From: an uncultured Gammaproteobacteria bacterium
GTDB taxonomy: Bacteria; Patescibacteriota; Patescibacteriia; SG8-24; DYFX01
Direction: 5' to 3'
Assembly: GCA_964347735.1 (NCBI GenBank)
Contig: CAYFZV010000001.1
Span: forward strand, 1 to 45,893
Length of the DNA stretch: 45,893 nt
Shown here piece after piece: positions 23,673 through 31,983 of this stretch. Below the pieces are notes generated by a model. It searched no databases. It saw nothing but the letters and a program-made list of their open reading frames with translations, and was not told the origin of the DNA. The position numbers were made by a program, and so were the translations under genes. The first letter of the stretch is position 1; the number at the start of each line of letters is the position of its first letter.

Positions 23673-23891
23673 ATGAAGAACATCCTGACACTCATCCAAG
23701 TCGCCGTTTCCGTGCTGCTCATCATGGCGATCCTGCTCCAGCAACAGGGCGTCGGTCTCGGCGCGACCTTCGGCGGCGACGGCAACTCGTTCCGCACCAA
23801 GCGCGGACTCGAGAAAGGCCTCTTCTACTTCACCATCGTCCTGGCAACGCTGTTCCTCGGCGTCGGCCTCGCCATCATCATCGTTTCTTAA
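23673..23891 (+). CDS. secG: preprotein translocase subunit SecG
   Basis: MKNILTLIQVAVSVLLIMAILLQQQGVGLGATFGG..FRTKRGLEKGLFYFTIVLATLFL, the typical SecG two-TM pattern. Confidence 0.8.
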   Translation: MKNILTLIQVAVSVLLIMAILLQQQGVGLGATFGGDGNSFRTKRGLEKGLFYFTIVLATLFLGVGLAIIIVS

Positions 23892-23896
23892 CTCTG

Positions 23897-23929
23897 AAGC
23901 CCGCTCGCCGGGCTTCCGCGTTTTCTTTC
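23897..23929 (+). terminator. hairpin plus T-rich tract after secG
   Basis: gaagcccg-ctcgc-cgggcttc followed by cgcgttttctttc. Confidence 0.55.
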
Positions 23930-23933
23930 GAGC

Positions 23934-25808
23934 ATGCCTTCATATCGCGAACGATCAGTATCCCTGTTCGACCGCCTGAAGCGCGTCTTGCCCTGGCACC
24001 GTCTGGTGCAGGGCGCGAACCGGCGACGGCCGGCCTCGTTTCGCGAACACGAAGGCTGGGACAAGCGCCTGGTGCATTCCCTGACGTCGGCACGCCTCCC
24101 CACCTGGAGGCAGATCCGCCATCTGCCCGAGGTCCTTTCGTCGAGCGACAGCTTCCGGCTGCGTCTCGGCATCTGCCTTTTCGGACTCGGCCTCGCACTC
24201 GTCGGCGGCGGTTTTTATTTTTCGCACACGCAGATGGGACCCTCCGTGGGAGGCGTGATCACCGAAGGCGTGGTCGGCACGCCACATTCGCTCAATCCTA
24301 TCCTGGCGCTCTCGAACGACGTCGACAATGACTTGACGCGTTTAATGTTTTCGCGCCTCTTCACCACCGACGGCGGCGGAAGGGTCGTACCGGACCTCGT
24401 CGAGAACTACGGCGTTTCCCCCGATCAAAAAACGTATACCTTCACCCTGCGCGACGGCGTGCGCTGGCATGACGACCAGGCGCTGACAGCCGACGACGTG
24501 CTGTTCACGTTTTCGCTGATCCAGGATCCGGCTTGGAAAAGCCCGCTCCAAGGGTTCTTCAAAGACGTCACCGTCGAGAAGTCGGACGACATCACGATCA
24601 AAGTCACGCTCAAGGAGCCGTACGCGCAATTCCTCTCACATCTTACTTTCGGCATTCTCCCCCGCCACGTCTGGAAGGACGTGAATCCGCGGGACGCCCA
24701 GGCGGCCGAAGCGAATTTGAAGCCGGTGGGCAGCGGCCCGTTCCGTTTCGATGATCTTCGCCGCGACAAGCGCGGTTTCATCTTGAACTACACCTTGGCG
24801 CGCAATGCCTCGTATTACCGGCCCGCGCCGTATATCGAAAAAGTGACGTTCCAGTTCTATCAGGATTACGGCGGTGCGCTTGAAGCGCTCCGGAAGCGCC
24901 GAGTGGATTCCTTGAGCTTCGTGCCGCGCGACAAACGGGAAGAGCTCAAAACGCAATCGCACGTGGTCCCCGTTTCGTTGGAACTGCCGCAAGTGACCGC
25001 GGTCTTCTTCAACCCGAGGCAGAACGAGATTTTGAAAGACAAGGATGTCCGCCGCGCGCTCACGATGTCGATCGACAAAGGCCGCATCCTGTTCGACGTG
25101 CTCGACGGCGACGGGCATCCGGTCGATCACCTCGTCCTGCCCGGCATGAGCGCGACCTCGACGATGCCCGTTCCGTATAATCCGGTGGCCGCTGCGGCGC
25201 TCCTGGATGCGCTCGGCTGGAAAATTGATCCGTCCGACGGCTTGCGCAAAAAAGCTCCGGCCGATGCAAAAAGCAAAACGCCGTCCCCGCCCGAACTGCT
25301 GACGCTCGCGCTCACGACCGTCGATCAACCTGAAAGCCTGAAGACGGCAACGATCATCAAGAACGGTTGGGCGGCGCTCGGCGTCGACGTCACGATCAAT
25401 GCCGTGCCCGCTTCGGAAGTCCACCGCACCGTCATCCGGCCGCGCCAATACGATGCGTTGCTGTACGGCCAGTTGCTCGGCAGCGATCTCGATCCGTATC
25501 CGTTCTGGCATTCTTCGCAGATCCAAGATCCCGGTTTGAACCTGGCGATGTTCGGCGACCGCCAAGCCGATGACGCACTTGAGGCCGCGCGCCGGACGTC
25601 GGATCCGACCGTGCGCCAGCAGTCCTACGGCAAATTCTTGAGCGTGTTGACCGAACAGCAGCCGGCCGCCTTCCTCTACAGCCCTTCCTATACCTACGCG
25701 ATCCCGGCGGAACTCAAAGGTTTTGGCGGCTCGCGCGTAAACGACCCCTCGGACCGTTTCGCGACCGTCACATCGTGGTATTTGAAGACGGCACGCCACT
25801 GGAAATAG
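23934..25808 (+). CDS. membrane-anchored ABC-type solute-binding protein, family 5 (peptide/nickel type); no ABC partner genes nearby
   Basis: N-terminal anchor LGICLFGLGLALVGGGFYF, then VENYGVSPDQKTYTFTLRDGVRWHDDQALTADDVLFTF and GSGPFRF, typical of SBP_bac_5. Confidence 0.85.
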   Translation: MPSYRERSVSLFDRLKRVLPWHRLVQGANRRRPASFREHEGWDKRLVHSLTSARLPTWRQIRHLPEVLSSSDSFRLRLGICLFGLGLALVGGGFYFSHTQMGPSVGGVITEGVVGTPHSLNPILALSNDVDNDLTRLMFSRLFTTDGGGRVVPDLVENYGVSPDQKTYTFTLRDGVRWHDDQALTADDVLFTFSLIQDPAWKSPLQGFFKDVTVEKSDDITIKVTLKEPYAQFLSHLTFGILPRHVWKDVNPRDAQAAEANLKPVGSGPFRFDDLRRDKRGFILNYTLARNASYYRPAPYIEKVTFQFYQDYGGALEALRKRRVDSLSFVPRDKREELKTQSHVVPVSLELPQVTAVFFNPRQNEILKDKDVRRALTMSIDKGRILFDVLDGDGHPVDHLVLPGMSATSTMPVPYNPVAAAALLDALGWKIDPSDGLRKKAPADAKSKTPSPPELLTLALTTVDQPESLKTATIIKNGWAALGVDVTINAVPASEVHRTVIRPRQYDALLYGQLLGSDLDPYPFWHSSQIQDPGLNLAMFGDRQADDALEAARRTSDPTVRQQSYGKFLSVLTEQQPAAFLYSPSYTYAIPAELKGFGGSRVNDPSDRFATVTSWYLKTARHWK

Positions 25809-25817
25809 GGCCGAAAC

Positions 25818-25846
25818 TTGACCGTCCGGGCCGGACGGGGTATACT
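25818..25846 (+). promoter_or_regulatory. candidate promoter TTGACC-17-TATACT for tRNA-Leu
   Basis: cTTGACCgtccgggccggacggggTATACTg. Confidence 0.6.
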
Positions 25847-25877
25847 GATTCTCCTAGGAGGAACAACCAAGCGACGT

Positions 25878-25964
25878 GGGCAAGTGGCGGAATTGGCAGA
25901 CGCATACGGTTCAGGGCCGTACGACCGCAAGGTCATGAGGGTTCAAGTCCCTCCTCGCCCACCA
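25878..25964 (+). tRNA. tRNA-Leu, anticodon CAG, long variable arm, CCA encoded
   Basis: GGGCAAG-UG-GCG-GAAUUGGCAGA-CGC-A-UACGG-UUCAGGG-CCGUA-CGACCGCAAGGUCAU-GAGGG-UUCAAGU-CCCUC-CUCGCCC-A-CCA. There is one A-C mismatch in the acceptor stem. Confidence 0.9.
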
Positions 25965-26068
25965 GGCAGATTTCCCGTCGAAAGTTCTGAAGTGCGCTTC
26001 AGATCTCCCGACTGTCGATCTGCGAAAGCATTTCTCGCGACAATATATAAACCGCTCCGCAAAGGGGC

Positions 26069-28018
26069 ATGAATAGATTCTTTTTTATGGTATCCGTACC
26101 CAAAGTCCCGCGCCCGGCTCCGTCTGGCGCAGGTCCGCGCCCGCCTCAACAAGGCGGCAACCGCCCGCCTTTCAGCGGCGGCGGACGTCCTCCGTTCCGC
26201 GGCGGACGCAACAACAACCGTCCCGGCCAGAAAATGCAGAGCGTCGGAAACGGCCAGGCGGGGCGCGGCATGTCCGCGCGCACCGTCGAAGCGCTGAACG
26301 CCCCGAAAAACGCCGCCACCGCCGCGTTGCCGATGGACAACATCCAAGGCAACCCGCCGAAACTTCGCGTCTACGCCTTGGGCGGCCTCGAAGAAATCGG
26401 CCGCAACTGCACCGTCTTTGAATGCGGCGACGATATCGTCATCGTCGACGCCGGTTTGATGTTCCCGGAAGAGAACATGCCGGGCATCGACTACATCATC
26501 CCGAACATCGCCAGTCTCAAAGGCAAGGAACGCAACATCCGCGGCGTCATCGTGAGCCACGGCCACCTCGACCACGTCGGCGGTTTGCCGTTCATCCTCC
26601 CCCGCCTCGGCTTCCCGACGATTTACACCGCGCCGCTCACGGCCGGTATCATCCGCAACCGCCAGGAAGAATTCGGCAACGCCAGCCAGCTGAAATTCAG
26701 CATGGTGACCGGCAAGAGCCGCATCCAGCTCGGACGTAACTTCGTCTTCGAGCCCTTCCACGTCAACCACAACATTTCCGACGCCTTCGGTACCGCGCTC
26801 TACACTCCGTACGGCGTGATCCTCGGCACCGGCGACTTCAAATTCGACTTCACGCCGGCCGACGGCGATCCGGCTGACCTGATCCACATCGCGGGATTCG
26901 GCAGCAAGAACGTCTTGATGCTCATGTCCGACTCCACCAACGCCACGTCTCCGGGACACCAGATCTCGGAAAAAGTCGTCGGCGAGGAAATTCGCCGCAC
27001 GATCGAGCGCGGCACCGGACGCGTCATCATCGGCATGTTCTCGTCGATGCTTACCCGCATGCAGCAGGTCTTTGACGCCGCCGAACCGCTCGGCCGCAAA
27101 GTGCTGCTCCAGGGCCGCTCGCTTCTCAACAACGTGGAGCTCGCGCACAAGCTGGGCTACATGAAATACAAGCAGGGCACGATCGTCGAAGAAGACGAGT
27201 TCAAGCGTCTGCCCGACAACAAGGCGATCGTCGTCTGCACCGGCTCGCAAGGCGAACAGAACGCGACGCTGATGAAGGTCGCGAACCGCGAACACAAATT
27301 CCTTTCGATCCAGCCGGGCGACCTCGTGGTCTTCTCGAGCTCGGTCATCCCGGGCAACGAGCGCACCGTGCAGTCGTTGAAAGACACGCTTGTGCGCCAA
27401 GGCGCGAAGCTCGTCGACAACGCCATGGTCGACATCCATGCCGGCGGCCACGCCAAGCAGGAAGACCTGAAGCTGATGCTGCGCCTCACCAAGCCGCGTT
27501 TCTTCGTGCCGATCCACGGCAACCGCTTCATGCTTGAAGCGCACGCCGATCTCGCTGAAGCCGTCGGCATCCCGCGCTCGAACATCTTCGTGGCCGACAA
27601 CGGCCAGATCATCGAGTTCGACAAAACGGGCGCCCGCCTGACCGCTGAATTCGTCCCCGCCGAATACGTCTTCGTCGACGGCCTCGGCGTCGGCGACGTT
27701 TCGGAAGTCGTCCTGCGCGACCGCCGCGAACTCGCCGAAGACGGCATGCTCGTCGTCGTCTGCAAGATCGATAAGAAGACCGGCGGACTCATCGGCGACC
27801 CCGATATCGTCTCGCGCGGTTTCGTCTTCCAGAAAGACCCGAGCGGCATCGTCATGCGCGCCCGCGACTACGTGAAAAAAGTCCTCAAGGACACCGATCC
27901 GAAGAGTCCTTCCTTCGACGAATACCTGAAGAGCAAGATCCGCAACGAAGTCGGCTCGTTCATCTTCAAGGAGACGGAACGCCGTCCGATGATCCTGCCG
28001 GTGTTGATCGAACTGTAA
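26069..28018 (+). CDS. rnj: ribonuclease J with an Arg/Gly/Pro-rich N-terminal extension
   Basis: LRVYALGGLEEIGRNCTVFECGDDIVIVDAGLMFPE and the metallo-beta-lactamase motif VSHGHLDHVGGLP. The beta-CASP region has HAGGHAKQEDL. Confidence 0.9.
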   Translation: MNRFFFMVSVPKVPRPAPSGAGPRPPQQGGNRPPFSGGGRPPFRGGRNNNRPGQKMQSVGNGQAGRGMSARTVEALNAPKNAATAALPMDNIQGNPPKLRVYALGGLEEIGRNCTVFECGDDIVIVDAGLMFPEENMPGIDYIIPNIASLKGKERNIRGVIVSHGHLDHVGGLPFILPRLGFPTIYTAPLTAGIIRNRQEEFGNASQLKFSMVTGKSRIQLGRNFVFEPFHVNHNISDAFGTALYTPYGVILGTGDFKFDFTPADGDPADLIHIAGFGSKNVLMLMSDSTNATSPGHQISEKVVGEEIRRTIERGTGRVIIGMFSSMLTRMQQVFDAAEPLGRKVLLQGRSLLNNVELAHKLGYMKYKQGTIVEEDEFKRLPDNKAIVVCTGSQGEQNATLMKVANREHKFLSIQPGDLVVFSSSVIPGNERTVQSLKDTLVRQGAKLVDNAMVDIHAGGHAKQEDLKLMLRLTKPRFFVPIHGNRFMLEAHADLAEAVGIPRSNIFVADNGQIIEFDKTGARLTAEFVPAEYVFVDGLGVGDVSEVVLRDRRELAEDGMLVVVCKIDKKTGGLIGDPDIVSRGFVFQKDPSGIVMRARDYVKKVLKDTDPKSPSFDEYLKSKIRNEVGSFIFKETERRPMILPVLIEL

Positions 28019-28022
28019 CGCG

Positions 28023-28051
28023 AAACCCCGCTTTCCCAAGCGGGGTTTTTG
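28023..28051 (+). terminator. intrinsic terminator after rnj
   Basis: aaaccccgc-tttcccaa-gcggggttt followed by ttgc. Confidence 0.8.
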
Positions 28052-28367
28052 CTACGCCTGATTCCAGGACTCCGCTCCGGGACGCGCTCTCTCGACACGG
28101 GTCTCGCCGCGGAAGTGCGGCTCGCCCTCACGCTCGGCTGTCGCCTGCGCGATGGTCTCGAGAGCGCCTCCCTGCGCGGAGTAAAATTTGAGGACTGAGC
28201 GAAGCGAAGTCCGGAAGTGCGGGTGGCACCGCAGGCGATCGCGGCCACGCGCAGCGAAGCGAGCATGGCCGTGAGCGCCGAGAGGTGACAGGACCCGCCT
28301 CCAATATGCACGGGGTTCGTCTTGACAAACACCTACTTTTCTGGCACTCTGCGCGCCTGGAGGAAAC

Positions 28368-28778
28368 GTGACCGAGACACAAGAGACAAAGAAACTGCCC
28401 GATGCACAGCGCCTGTTCCTGAACGAAATCGAATTGCAGCTCGAACGCTTCGCCGCGATGCGCTGGTTGAAAGCCGTGCCGACGAAGGCGCCGCTCGAGG
28501 AGCCGGTGGTCTGGGGACGTGAAATCGAAACGCCCGACATGACGTTGGCTTTGTCTGCCACCCGCGCGTCGCTTGCCGAAGGCGCCATCATCATCCGCGC
28601 CGTCCGCAAACCCGGCCGGCCCTTCCGCATGGAAGAGCGGACAGCCGTTCGCTCCCCCGCGCTCGAAGCGACGCTCAAAGAGTTGGTGGGCTTCCCACCG
28701 ATGACGCCATCCTCGCGCCGGCCGAACCAGCCGCTGCGCCGCTCCGGTCGCCAAGGCATGAGCCGGCGCCGCCGCTAA
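28368..28778 (+). CDS. hypothetical protein with basic C-terminal tail (136 aa)
   Basis: GTG start 4 nt after GGAGGA (28359-28364). A strong terminator lies downstream. Confidence 0.55.
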   Translation: MTETQETKKLPDAQRLFLNEIELQLERFAAMRWLKAVPTKAPLEEPVVWGREIETPDMTLALSATRASLAEGAIIIRAVRKPGRPFRMEERTAVRSPALEATLKELVGFPPMTPSSRRPNQPLRRSGRQGMSRRRR

Positions 28779-28780
28779 CT

Positions 28781-28806
28781 CCCCGACCACCGTCGGGGCT
28801 TTTTTA
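28781..28806 (+). terminator. intrinsic terminator
   Basis: ccccgac-cacc-gtcgggg followed by ctttttt. Confidence 0.8.
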
Positions 28807-28834
28807 TTGCCAATTCCGAGGAAAACGGTAAGAT
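28807..28834 (+). promoter_or_regulatory. candidate promoter TTGCCA-16-TAAGAT, -10 ends 8 nt before the trpS ATG
   Basis: aTTGCCAattccgaggaaaacggTAAGATggccgcatATG. Confidence 0.4.
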
Positions 28835-28842
28835 GGCCGCAT

Positions 28843-29847
28843 ATGAAAAAGGACGCGACGATCATCGTCTCCGGCGCCCAGCCGACCGGAGAACTCCACA
28901 TCGGCAACTGGGCCGGCAGCCTGCGCAACTGGGTCGAACTCCAAGAAACCCATCCGGAACGCTGCTGGTTCTTTATCGCCGACTACCACGCGATGTCGAT
29001 CGCTTACGATCCGAAAGAGATGCAGCCGCGCGTTCTCGACTTGGCCGCCTCGCTCCTCGCGCTCGGTCTCGATCCGAAAAAATCGACGATCTTCGTGCAG
29101 TCAGACGTACCGGAACATACCGAACTCTGCTGGATGCTGAACTGCGTAACGCCCGTCGCTGAAATGGAGCGCATGACGCAGTACAAGGATAAAGCCGCGC
29201 GTCACGACAAGAACATCAACATGGGCCTCATGGATTACCCGGTCCTCCAATCGGCCGATATTTTGATCTACGGCGGCAACGCGGTGCCCGTCGGACAAGA
29301 TCAGGTCCAGCACGTCGAAACGACGCGTGTCATCGCGCGTAATTTCAACAAGCGCTTCGGCGACGTCTTCCCCGAACCGAAAGCCCTCCTGACCGAAACG
29401 CCGAAGGTCATGAGCCTGACCGAACCGACCAAGAAGATGTCGAAGAGTCTCGGTCCGAAATCCTATCTCGCCATCGACGACGAACCGGAAGAAATTTTGA
29501 AGAAGCTCAAAAACGTGCCGACGGAACCGAGCGGCATGATCACCGAGAAGCTGCTTGAAACCGAAGCCTATGCCGGCGTCGCGCTGTTGCTCGACCTCAT
29601 TGAACTTTTCGCCGGGAAAGCCGCACGCAAGGACGCGATTGCGGCCCAGCCGGTCAAATACGGCGAGTTGAAAAAAATGGCGGCTGACGCCGTTTCCAAC
29701 CACTTCGCCGACTACCGCGCAAAAAAGAAAGAGCTGATGAAAAATCCGGACCGCGTTCGGATGGTCCTGGCCGCCGGCGGAGCCAAGGCGCGTGCCGTCG
29801 CCCGTCACACCATGGAAACCGTCTTGCACGCGACCGGTTTGCGCTAG
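28843..29847 (+). CDS. trpS: tryptophan--tRNA ligase
   Basis: SGAQPTGELHIGNWAGSL (HIGH-type), PVGQDQVQHVE, and KKMSKS. Confidence 0.9.
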   Translation: MKKDATIIVSGAQPTGELHIGNWAGSLRNWVELQETHPERCWFFIADYHAMSIAYDPKEMQPRVLDLAASLLALGLDPKKSTIFVQSDVPEHTELCWMLNCVTPVAEMERMTQYKDKAARHDKNINMGLMDYPVLQSADILIYGGNAVPVGQDQVQHVETTRVIARNFNKRFGDVFPEPKALLTETPKVMSLTEPTKKMSKSLGPKSYLAIDDEPEEILKKLKNVPTEPSGMITEKLLETEAYAGVALLLDLIELFAGKAARKDAIAAQPVKYGELKKMAADAVSNHFADYRAKKKELMKNPDRVRMVLAAGGAKARAVARHTMETVLHATGLR

Positions 29848-29848
29848 C

Positions 29849-31354
29849 ATGACCTACGAGGAGATCCTGAAGCAGCTCGAGGAATACCGCGCCGCGCTCG
29901 CGGCGGAAGACCGCCTGGCCCGCGCGGGTCTGAAGGCGCGTCCCGGCTTCGTGTCCGTGCGCGACCGCTGCAACGACCTCTTCTCGCAGGACACCATTTT
30001 GGCGCTGCGCGAAACGATCGAGCGCACGCCGCAGCCCAAAAAGCGCGACCAGATGGAGCGCGCGCTCTTCGCCCTGCTCGAAGGCGTGATCGCCGCCGAT
30101 ACGCTGCCGATCGAGGAAAAAATATTTTTGAAAGCGGCTACGCTTGAAACCGGCGCGGACGGTTTGAAAGTTCCGTATGAAGACATCGCGGGATTGATCG
30201 GGCGGGAAGAGGTCTTCGAGAAGCGCGAGATGCTCCGGTCGGCGCAGGCGGCTTTGTGCGAAGAACTCACGCCGCTGCGCATCGACCTCGAGCATGCCGG
30301 GCGACAAGCGTTCGCCAAGTTCGGCTTCGGCGCCGTGCGCGAGTACGCGGAAACGAAAAAACGCGTCCGTTACGACGCCTTTTTGCAAAAAACGCTCCCG
30401 ATTCTAGCTGAAACGACCGGCATGTACCGCCGCGTGATGTCGGACGCGCTGCGCCGCGCCTACGGAAAGGACCTCGGCGAGATCAGTTCGGCGCACGCGC
30501 TGCATTGGCGCGCCGGAAACGAATTCGCGCACCTCTTCCCTGCCGACAAATTCATGGGTTTGTGTGACGGCGCCTTCGCGACGCTCGGTCTGCCGTTCGA
30601 ACAGGCTCCGCAGATCCGCATCGACGCCGAACGACGCCCCGGCAAGCATCCGCAAGCGCGTTGCTTCTCGCCGCGCGCACCCGAGGATGTGCATGTCCTC
30701 CTGAAACCGCAAGGCGGTTTCGAAGACGTGCGCACGCTGCTCCATCAAGGCGGCCACGCGATGCATGCCGCCCACACCAATGCCACGCTGCCGTACGAAT
30801 GGCGCGGCCTCCCCCGTTCGCGCGCGCTGACCGAAACGTTCGCGACGCTTATCGAACATCTGCCGGAAAATCCCTTGTGGCTCGAGCACGTCATGCGCGT
30901 ACCGAAGGCCGCCGCCGAACGCTTCGGCGCGTCGACACTGCTCGGCAACCTGTTCATGCTGCGCCGCACCGTCGCCAAGTTCAGCTGCGAACTGGTCGTC
31001 GACGAAAAGCCGTATGACATCGCTCGCAACAAGGAAATCTACGCCAAGACGCTTCGGGATCTCACAGGCTTTTCCTACGAGGCGGAATTCTGGCTGGAAG
31101 ACACGGCCGGCGGCTACGAGAGCGCCGACATCCTGCGCGCCTGGATCGCTTCGGCGCAACTTGAAGAGCACCTCGTACGCACGTTCGGCGACCGCTGGTT
31201 CCTGAAACGCGATACCGGCGTCTTCCTGAAGGAGCTCTTCGCCAAAGGCGTCTCCTGGGACGCCGAGGAACTGGTCCAAAGCCTGGGCATGACCGCCTGG
31301 GATCCCCTCCCTCTTATCCGCAAATTCGACGGTATTTCCAGGCTCCTGCGGTAA
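29849..31354 (+). CDS. M3/PepF-like oligoendopeptidase homolog in which HExxH reads HQGGH (probable pseudo-peptidase)
   Basis: VRTLLHQGGHAMHAAH aligns with the PepF HE(F/L)GH..H zinc site. A downstream LTETFATLIE is a candidate third ligand. The ATG at 29849 lies 1 nt after the trpS stop. Confidence 0.75.
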   Translation: MTYEEILKQLEEYRAALAAEDRLARAGLKARPGFVSVRDRCNDLFSQDTILALRETIERTPQPKKRDQMERALFALLEGVIAADTLPIEEKIFLKAATLETGADGLKVPYEDIAGLIGREEVFEKREMLRSAQAALCEELTPLRIDLEHAGRQAFAKFGFGAVREYAETKKRVRYDAFLQKTLPILAETTGMYRRVMSDALRRAYGKDLGEISSAHALHWRAGNEFAHLFPADKFMGLCDGAFATLGLPFEQAPQIRIDAERRPGKHPQARCFSPRAPEDVHVLLKPQGGFEDVRTLLHQGGHAMHAAHTNATLPYEWRGLPRSRALTETFATLIEHLPENPLWLEHVMRVPKAAAERFGASTLLGNLFMLRRTVAKFSCELVVDEKPYDIARNKEIYAKTLRDLTGFSYEAEFWLEDTAGGYESADILRAWIASAQLEEHLVRTFGDRWFLKRDTGVFLKELFAKGVSWDAEELVQSLGMTAWDPLPLIRKFDGISRLLR

Positions 31355-31364
31355 AGGCTCCGTC

Positions 31365-31393
31365 TTGACAAACGGGGCTTTTTCTTTTAGAGT
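31365..31393 (+). promoter_or_regulatory. candidate promoter TTGACA-17-TAGAGT for RNase P RNA
   Basis: cTTGACAaacggggctttttctttTAGAGTtgc. Confidence 0.55.
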
Positions 31394-31431
31394 TGCTCTA
31401 TCCTAGGTACATCGTACCTGGGCGTTGTTTT

Positions 31432-31910
31432 AAGGGAGCCGGACGGCCGCGACTCGCCCGAATAAGGCGGATCGAGGAAAGTCCGAACACCGTTTTCCGG
31501 CGCAAGCCGGGATTCAGAGATCGTTGCTAACGGCAACCGGGAGCAAGGGATGGCGTCATGTCTCGGGTTACGAGAGATGGCGGCGATTCCCCAAGTCCAG
31601 GGAAGCCCGACTTCGGTCGGGCGTGCGGGTCCTCTTCGGAGGATGTCCTATGAGAGCCGCGAGGCTTGCATGGGACGCAACAGAAACATACCGCCACAGG
31701 CGCAAGCCGAAGCCTCCGCAAGGAGCGTGGTAAGGTTGAAATCGTGGGGCAAGAGCCCACGCGGCAGTCGAGTGATCGGCTCCGGGGCAAACGCCGATCC
31801 GGTGCAAGAGCAAATTAGGTAGCTTGCTTGAGCCCGCGAGCAATCGCGGGCCTAGAGAGATGGTCGTCCTCCGTGCAAACGGAGACAGAATTCGGCTTAC
31901 AGGCTCGCTT
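31432..31910 (+). ncRNA. rnpB: RNase P RNA, bacterial type A, about 480 nt; ends approximate
   Basis: P4 strands GAGGAAAGUCCGAAC (31474 onward) and ACAGAAUUCGGCUUA (31885 onward). Also GCAACAGAAACAUACCGCC, GGUAAGGUUGAAAUCGUGGGGCAAGAGCCCACGC and UAGGUAGCUUGCUUGAGCCCGCGAGCAAUCGCGGGCCUAGAGAGAUGG, all matching the E. coli M1 RNA layout. P1 pairs AAGGGAGCC (31432-31440) with GGCUCGCUU (31902-31910). Confidence 0.9.
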
Positions 31911-31924
31911 AAAACGCATGGAAA

Positions 31925-31949
31925 AACGTCCCTCACCGGGGCGTTTTTT
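31925..31949 (+). terminator. intrinsic terminator after rnpB
   Basis: aacgtccc-tcacc-ggggcgtt followed by tttt. Confidence 0.75.
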
Positions 31950-31953
31950 CTTA

Positions 31954-31983
31954 AAGAAAAAATCCCGTTCTACGGAACGGGAT
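31954..31983 (-). terminator. intrinsic terminator of tdk, hairpin includes the stop codon
   Basis: Minus-strand read: atcccgttc-cgta-gaacgggat followed by tttttct. Confidence 0.75.

Noticed and set aside
24636-25799. 387-aa minus-strand ORF
   Set aside because: It is antisense to the family-5 solute-binding protein gene and has Arg-rich shadow composition.
25943-28039. 698-aa minus-strand ORF, the longest unannotated ORF in the track
   Set aside because: It is exactly antisense to rnj, whose translation carries the HGHLDH metallo-beta-lactamase motif. The antisense product is an Arg/Asp/Ala/Val-rich low-information string typical of high-GC shadow frames.
28053-28320. Possible SRP RNA, tmRNA or 6S RNA in the rnj downstream spacer
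   Set aside because: There is a GUCCGGAAG string, but the GGAAGCAGC helix-8 motif, a tRNA-like T-arm/CCA end and a tag ORF are all absent. It is kept only as an unexplained region.
28779-28842. T-box leader upstream of trpS
   Set aside because: Only about 60 nt are available, and a terminator and a promoter-like element occupy them. That is far too short for a T-box.
29101-31279. Minus-strand ORFs 29101..29850, 29654..30388 and 30404..31279
   Set aside because: They are antisense to trpS and the PepF-like gene, with shadow composition.
31524-31936. Short ORFs (69-122 aa) on both strands
   Set aside because: They lie inside the RNase P RNA gene.
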